A stretch of DNA of 64,000 nt. Origin: Balanoglossus misakiensis. Lineage: Eukaryota; Animalia; Hemichordata. The stretch lies in assembly GCA_040954595.2 (NCBI GenBank), contig CM082582.2:5378303-5442302 (forward strand). Direction: 5' to 3'. The notes below the pieces were generated by a model. The model was not told where the DNA came from. It did no database searches and was given only the letters and a program-made list of their open reading frames with translations. Positions 58,901 to 64,000 of the stretch are shown here, one piece after another; the first letter of the stretch is position 1; each line of letters opens with the position of its first letter. Position numbers and translations under genes: made by a program.

Positions 58901-61900
58901 TCTGCAACAGCTGCATTGTACATCGAGTCTGACGAGAAAACGCAACAAATGCATACACAATACATCGTTATTGTCCTTGGCATGGTATTGTTCAAAGTTT
59001 ACGACATTCGAATATAATCTTAGATTTATAATGCAAACGCCGTAAAGGTTAAATATCGAGATATGTCATCAGTAAAGTAAATAAAACACCACTTATTCAA
59101 TTGTGCGTTTCTTCTCCAAATAATTAAAATGATTCCAGCAGCCTTCTGTTGCATGAAATAAACCGAACGTGTGGTTTGTAGTAAAAAAATATTAATTTAT
59201 ATTTTACAATTCATCCAATACATGAGTTGATTAAGTGTGACAAAAGACAGCTTGGGTTGTATTATCATTTCAATGTGACAAAGCCCTGGGGGTTTAATAT
59301 TGAATTCATTAGGAATAACCTGCTTTTAATATAGCTTGTAATTTGACCATACGTGTAATTAAATATGCATCAGGTGTTCAACGGCTAATAATACACCCAG
59401 CGCACATCATCCATCAGAAACAAACTCCACGCATCTACTGTATGTATACACAGCTTGCCAAAGATAACACACATAAAAATATCGGCTGTTATGTCAATAC
59501 ATTTGTACGATGGCCACTTTATCATCTTTTGAAAAAATGAAGCTTAAGTTCCGTTGTAATAACCGTTTAAATGTGTGCGTTTCTGTTAGTCTGTCGTTTT
59601 TTGATAGTTCAAGTGGTTTGGAGCCTACAAGTGAATGATATGAATATCGATTTAGATTCGTATACAAATGTAACCTGCGACATCATTCACCAAATTACAT
59701 AGCAAATAAATATAGAAATGAACAGTGAAAGGGCCAGCACAAAGAAAGTAGATGGGTCATGTACCCAGTTCTGTCCTTGACCTGTTTTATGCGGAGGTGT
59801 TCATCATCATTACATTACTCATAATCCCCGTTGATAATACCTATATCTTTTCAATCAATTTCGGTGCAATATGTCGCTAGACACGTTCCATTATGCCAAC
59901 TGAATTATACAAACCTTCCTTTCGCACTTTTTTATGTTTCCCGATCACGCCGTACAGTCTTCAGAACACCATGGAAGAGAGGATACACCGAATAGGGCAT
60001 CATGTTGTTAGACATTTGGTCTTTGGTCTCGTTGCGCCAAATGTTGGCAAATCTGATAATATAGTATTGCTAACTTAACCAGCTAACCAGTGAAGGGCTT
60101 AATACGGCGCAAGGAGTGCTGTACATGCTCACTCAGTCTGATAGTATGTAAGGCTCAGTCTGATAGTATGTAAGGGGACGTGTCTTTAAGTAGAATTAAT
60201 GCACTTCTAAGACGTGTCCCACGCATTTCTATGAGAAAGAAGCTGTATTTGTTTATGCTTGGGGGTTATTGCACATTCAATAACCGCAATTATAATTTTC
60301 CATTGAATTCCAAATCTTTGAGCATGGGCAAACATATTACAACTTACGGTCGCTCAAGACGACATGGGCAACTTCATCATGAGCTATCACATAGAAATTC
60401 ACAATGCCTCATTTTTGATAACTTCTTTTTTTGTTGTCCACACAGGGGTGTTAGGAGTATATCCCGATGAGAAGGACTTACACGACCATCTTTTGAAAAA
60501 CTACATTAAACACTATCGTCCTGTGCAAAATCATCACAATACCCTTGTGGTCAATTTTTCACTCTTGCTATCGCAAATTCTGAATGTGGTAAGTACGCTT
60601 GAGATCATTATATTACTCCAAGTTCTAATTATGTACATGTATTTAATCATGTACTTTGACAATTAAGTAAGTATGGTTGTTGGGGCCGGTCTTTCTGTAT
60701 GGTAGTAAACTATATTACGCGCAGAAGTCGTGCGCAGAACACCAAAACAACCAAGTGGGCAATATCAACAGGGCTTTATCAACTCTTGCCATGTTATATC
60801 ACTTTTTTCTATATGTCACGTGAGCGCGTCTCAGCCAATCACGAATACGACATAATACATGAGGTGTAATAAACGCATATATCAAACGAATCTTTTTTTT
60901 TTCAATGCAGCGCCTGTTATTTAAGCTTGTAGTTTCAATGTTCAGCAGAGACTGATAATTTGATTGTAGCGTATTTTTCACAGGTACACACAACATCAAA
61001 TGATGTATGGACGTTCCCGTTTTGTGCAGCGTACAATGGATTGGTGATAGTTACGGGTATCATATAAATGTCGGTTATGCTATAATTAAACCATGCTCCT
61101 GGCATCGTAGTAGCGTTTTATGTGATATTGATTCTGTCAGAACCAACAGGCGATACTGAACGGTGGTCCATGACTGATATAGTTTCTCACTGCTTTGGCC
61201 TCTCATATGAAATTGTGTCCCTGCATGCAATTCACAAACTGCTACGTAAAATCGTATACCGGCTGCTAATGCTACAATAACTCAGACACGTTCCAGGTTT
61301 GCCTGTCATTCAGTAATTAAGACAGCTTGTGCTATATAACTATTCAGTCTAATACCAGGTTCAGACAGGGGAAAATTTGAGACTCTATTTGCCTATGGTA
61401 AACACAAAGCATTAATTTTAAAAATAAATCACTTCTGACGTGAATAGATAATACATATACCGTTATAGAGACACGCGAAAACGCAGTTCTGTGTCGCTAC
61501 AGATGATAGGACTGGTACACAACTGGTCTGTATCAGAATAAATGTATATTATTGTTATATGTCCTCGATATGTTTTTGTATTTACACGTAATCCTCAAAA
61601 GAGAAGCTATGCTTACAATGGACGTTTCGCATTGTTACTGGCAACAGCTTGCTTTTATCCCATTCAATACACCCAAATGGTTGTAATCACGGCGGCATTT
61701 ACGTACTTTTCATCCCTGACACCGAACCCTAACAAATGAGAGCATAAACAGTGAAATAAAGCGATAATCGTGGGGATTGTGTTTACTTGACCAAACACCA
61801 CACCCCTGGTATAATGCCGTATTATCTGTGGTCCAAGTATATCCCCTGTATCTCAATATTTATCTGGTCTTTGAGCATATTTAACATATAAGGTTAACAC

Positions 61901-64000
61901 ATTCAGATGTGCCAGGCATAATTCGAAAAGGGCAGATTTCCATTAAATTGGGTCAGGTATTATAGTCGTCTCCGAAATACAGCTGTTCCACACGTGTTTT
62001 CAAACAATGCAAGCATTCTGTCATCATATTTTAAAAGATTATCTGTCCTCGGCTGACCCTTTTCAATGGTTTTTATTCCGAACGCCAAAAAACATTTCAT
62101 TTTGTCAAATGGGAATACTTATCTTCAAGAAACTTAGAACAAACATGCAAAAGATAGCTTTGGGGACTTGATTGATAACTATTTCAAAATTCTGATTCAA
62201 CCATTTTGTTCTCTAGGACGAGAAAAACCAGCTGTTAACGACAAGCTGCTGGGTTGAACAGGTAAGTTCTCATTGCTTTTGAACGGACACGTTCATGAAT
62301 CTTCACCTACAGATTTGGCGCACATAGCCAAATTACACCCCTCCTCGAGAAGACATACAGATATTTATATAATTTGATAACAGCCGCTCATTCAATAACG
62401 TTTTTTTCATTCAAATTTCACCGAGTCGAATCAATTAATTGGTATACTTTGTGCATGCGTGCAACAATTCTATTCAATATGTACATGGACGTACATGTAC
62501 ATACATGTTTGGGGTTCGGGTTATAAGTTGAATTTGGTTTGCTGTAGCCCAAATTGGACTAGGCAGACGACAGTTTTGCCTACACTTTCCCGCTCTTCTA
62601 ACCGATCTTTTTATCAATTTTAGGTCTGGTTTGATTATCAACTACAATGGGATCCTGCCCAATTCCACAACATTTCAACTATTGTTGTTCCCTACGACTG
62701 GGTGTGGAGACCAGATATTGTGCTTGACAACAGGTAAGTTATTGACTACGTCTGATCAGAAAAAAAACATGTGATCCAACAGGTACAGAATCACCGTAGT
62801 GTGTGTGCATCTATTGCATGTATCACACTTATATAGACCAGATAGACAATTAACATTTACTGGTGTATAGTGTACGTCATCAAGTGCATGGTGGTGAACT
62901 TTCAGCGTATAGACGTCTAATGAAACATTTGCGATGGGTAATCAGCACTTTCGTAATGTCCTTCTGGGTAACATTATGATACCTCCATACACGGAAATCA
63001 TGACGAGAGATGAGTCAATATACCCAGGCGATTATTGCCAGTCTAGTTTACATGTTTCCTGAGCTCGTGATTTTAGCCGACGAATGCTTCACTACTGGGA
63101 TTGTTATGTTAGTAGATCAGTACCGATCATGGTGCCAGATCTCACATGGGTGCAGATAAGAGATTTACCAAGATGCGGTACAAGAACTTCTGTAGATTCT
63201 TCTGGATGAGTACGACAAACATCAACATCGTCATTGCTTCTACATTATATAGTTTGTTAATTCCCCGCGTAGCTTAAACTTTGGCGACTTGCATAGGTTA
63301 CTTATACAGATTCATTTATGATTTCATATCATCTTTTTTTTCAGTGGAAATGGAAAATACGAGATCCCACCTCCCCAGTATTTGACATTAGAATACACGG
63401 GTAATGTTTACTACTCGCCACCTGCTGTGTTTGTGACGCCGTGCACCATGAACATCCAGTTCTTCCCGTTTGATATTCAGACGTGCAACATCGCGTTTGG
63501 ACCGTGGGAGTACACGGATCAGGAGGTCTTGCTGAAGCCAGAGGCAAAAACGGTCATCCGAGAGAAGTACACCAAGAACACCGAGTGGGATATCATCTCT
63601 ACCGCCGTCAAACAGCACAAGGAGATTTCGCAGTGTTGCCCCGGAGAGGAGTTCAGCCTCCTCGTCTGCACGGTGGTGTTGAAAAGAAACCACCTGTACT
63701 ACACTCTGAACATCACGGCGCCCTGCGTGCTGATGACCGTGCTCTGCCTGATTGTGTTCTGTCTGCCGCCGGACTCCGGCGAGAAGATGTCGTTCAGCAT
63801 GTCGCTGCTGATCGCCTCGTCGGTGTTCAACCTGATGGTGGCCGACATCATGCCGGTGACGTCGGACACCGTGCCCATGCTGATACGCTATCTGCTGTTC
63901 AACATGTTCCTGGTGGCGGGCTCGATATGCGTCAGCGTCATCGTCCTGAGGCTGCACTACCGCCCGCCGTACAACCGGCGCATGGCGCGCTGGAAGAGAA
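52830..64000 (+). CDS. Nicotinic acetylcholine receptor alpha-like subunit (Cys-loop cation channel), 3' end beyond the window
   Basis: Exons 52830-52905, 60446-60588, 62217-62261, 62624-62733, 63345->64000, all phase-consistent. Hallmarks: signal peptide, RPV, DEKNQ, WRPDIVL, Cys-loop CTMNIQFFPFDIQTC, vicinal CC, M1, PPDSGEK-M2, M3. The 45-nt and 110-nt exons are typical of nAChR genes. Confidence 0.95.
60446..60588 (+). CDS. nAChR exon 2
   Basis: Pyrimidine tract-CAG acceptor; EKDLHDHLLKNYIKHYRPVQNHHNTLVVNFSLLLSQILNV; GTAAGT donor. Confidence 0.92.
62217..62261 (+). CDS. nAChR exon 3
   Basis: TAG acceptor; DEKNQLLTTSCWVEQ; GTAAGT donor. Confidence 0.92.
62624..62733 (+). CDS. nAChR exon 4
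   Basis: TAG acceptor; VWFDYQLQWDPAQFHNISTIVVPYDWVWRPDIVLDN; GTAAGT donor. Confidence 0.92.
63345..64000 (+). CDS. nAChR exon 5 (Cys-loop, loops B and C, M1-M3), runs off the window
   Basis: Open frame: ...PCTMNIQFFPFDIQTCNIAFGPWEY...EWDII...EISQCCPGEEF...LYYTLNITAPCVLMTVL...LPPDSGEKMSFSMSLLIASSVFNLMVADIMPVTSD.VPMLIRY... Confidence 0.95.

Noticed and set aside
60132-60175. 22-bp tandem duplication (also a 21-bp repeat at ~5124 and ~5236)
   Set aside because: Ordinary intronic micro-duplications with no further structure.
53000-60400. Short ORFs in nAChR intron 1
   Set aside because: No recognisable motifs, coding bias or consistent splice-linked frames.
60364-60445. ATG at 60364 as the nAChR start
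   Set aside because: It runs through a pyrimidine tract and CAG acceptor and makes a poor signal peptide. The exon at 52830-52905 fits in phase.
63388-63957. 189-aa minus-strand ORF
   Set aside because: Antisense shadow of the GC3-rich nAChR exon.

Overview
This is eukaryotic (animal) genomic DNA: AT-rich, spliceosomal introns, microsatellites and invertebrate-type transposon remnants. It is probably a marine invertebrate, but the species cannot be called from sequence alone. There are two divergent genes. (1) A minus-strand gene, CDS 48732->4492, hand-spliced into 86 phase-consistent coding exons (15,606 nt, ~5,200 aa). It encodes a giant type-I membrane protein: signal peptide, vitellogenin/MTP/apoB-like large-lipid-transfer (LLT) module, furin site, amphipathic helices, M23/LECT2-like domain, second furin site, ~18-20 FN3/Ig-like 'DxTPP' repeats with PAN/apple and GH16-like domains nested inside them, cadherin-like pair, two EGF domains, TM helix and a tail ending in a PDZ-type motif. 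(2) A plus-strand nicotinic acetylcholine receptor alpha-like subunit (52830->beyond the window) with an eroded agonist-binding aromatic box. Introns and flanks hold a 5'-truncated LINE with poly(A) and TSD, a Helentron/HINE-like element, MITEs, a CACTG-type transposon end, and 70-bp and ~215-bp tandem arrays. Most ORFs in the supplied track are exon read-throughs or antisense shadows. All domain calls are by eye; no HMM or database search was run.
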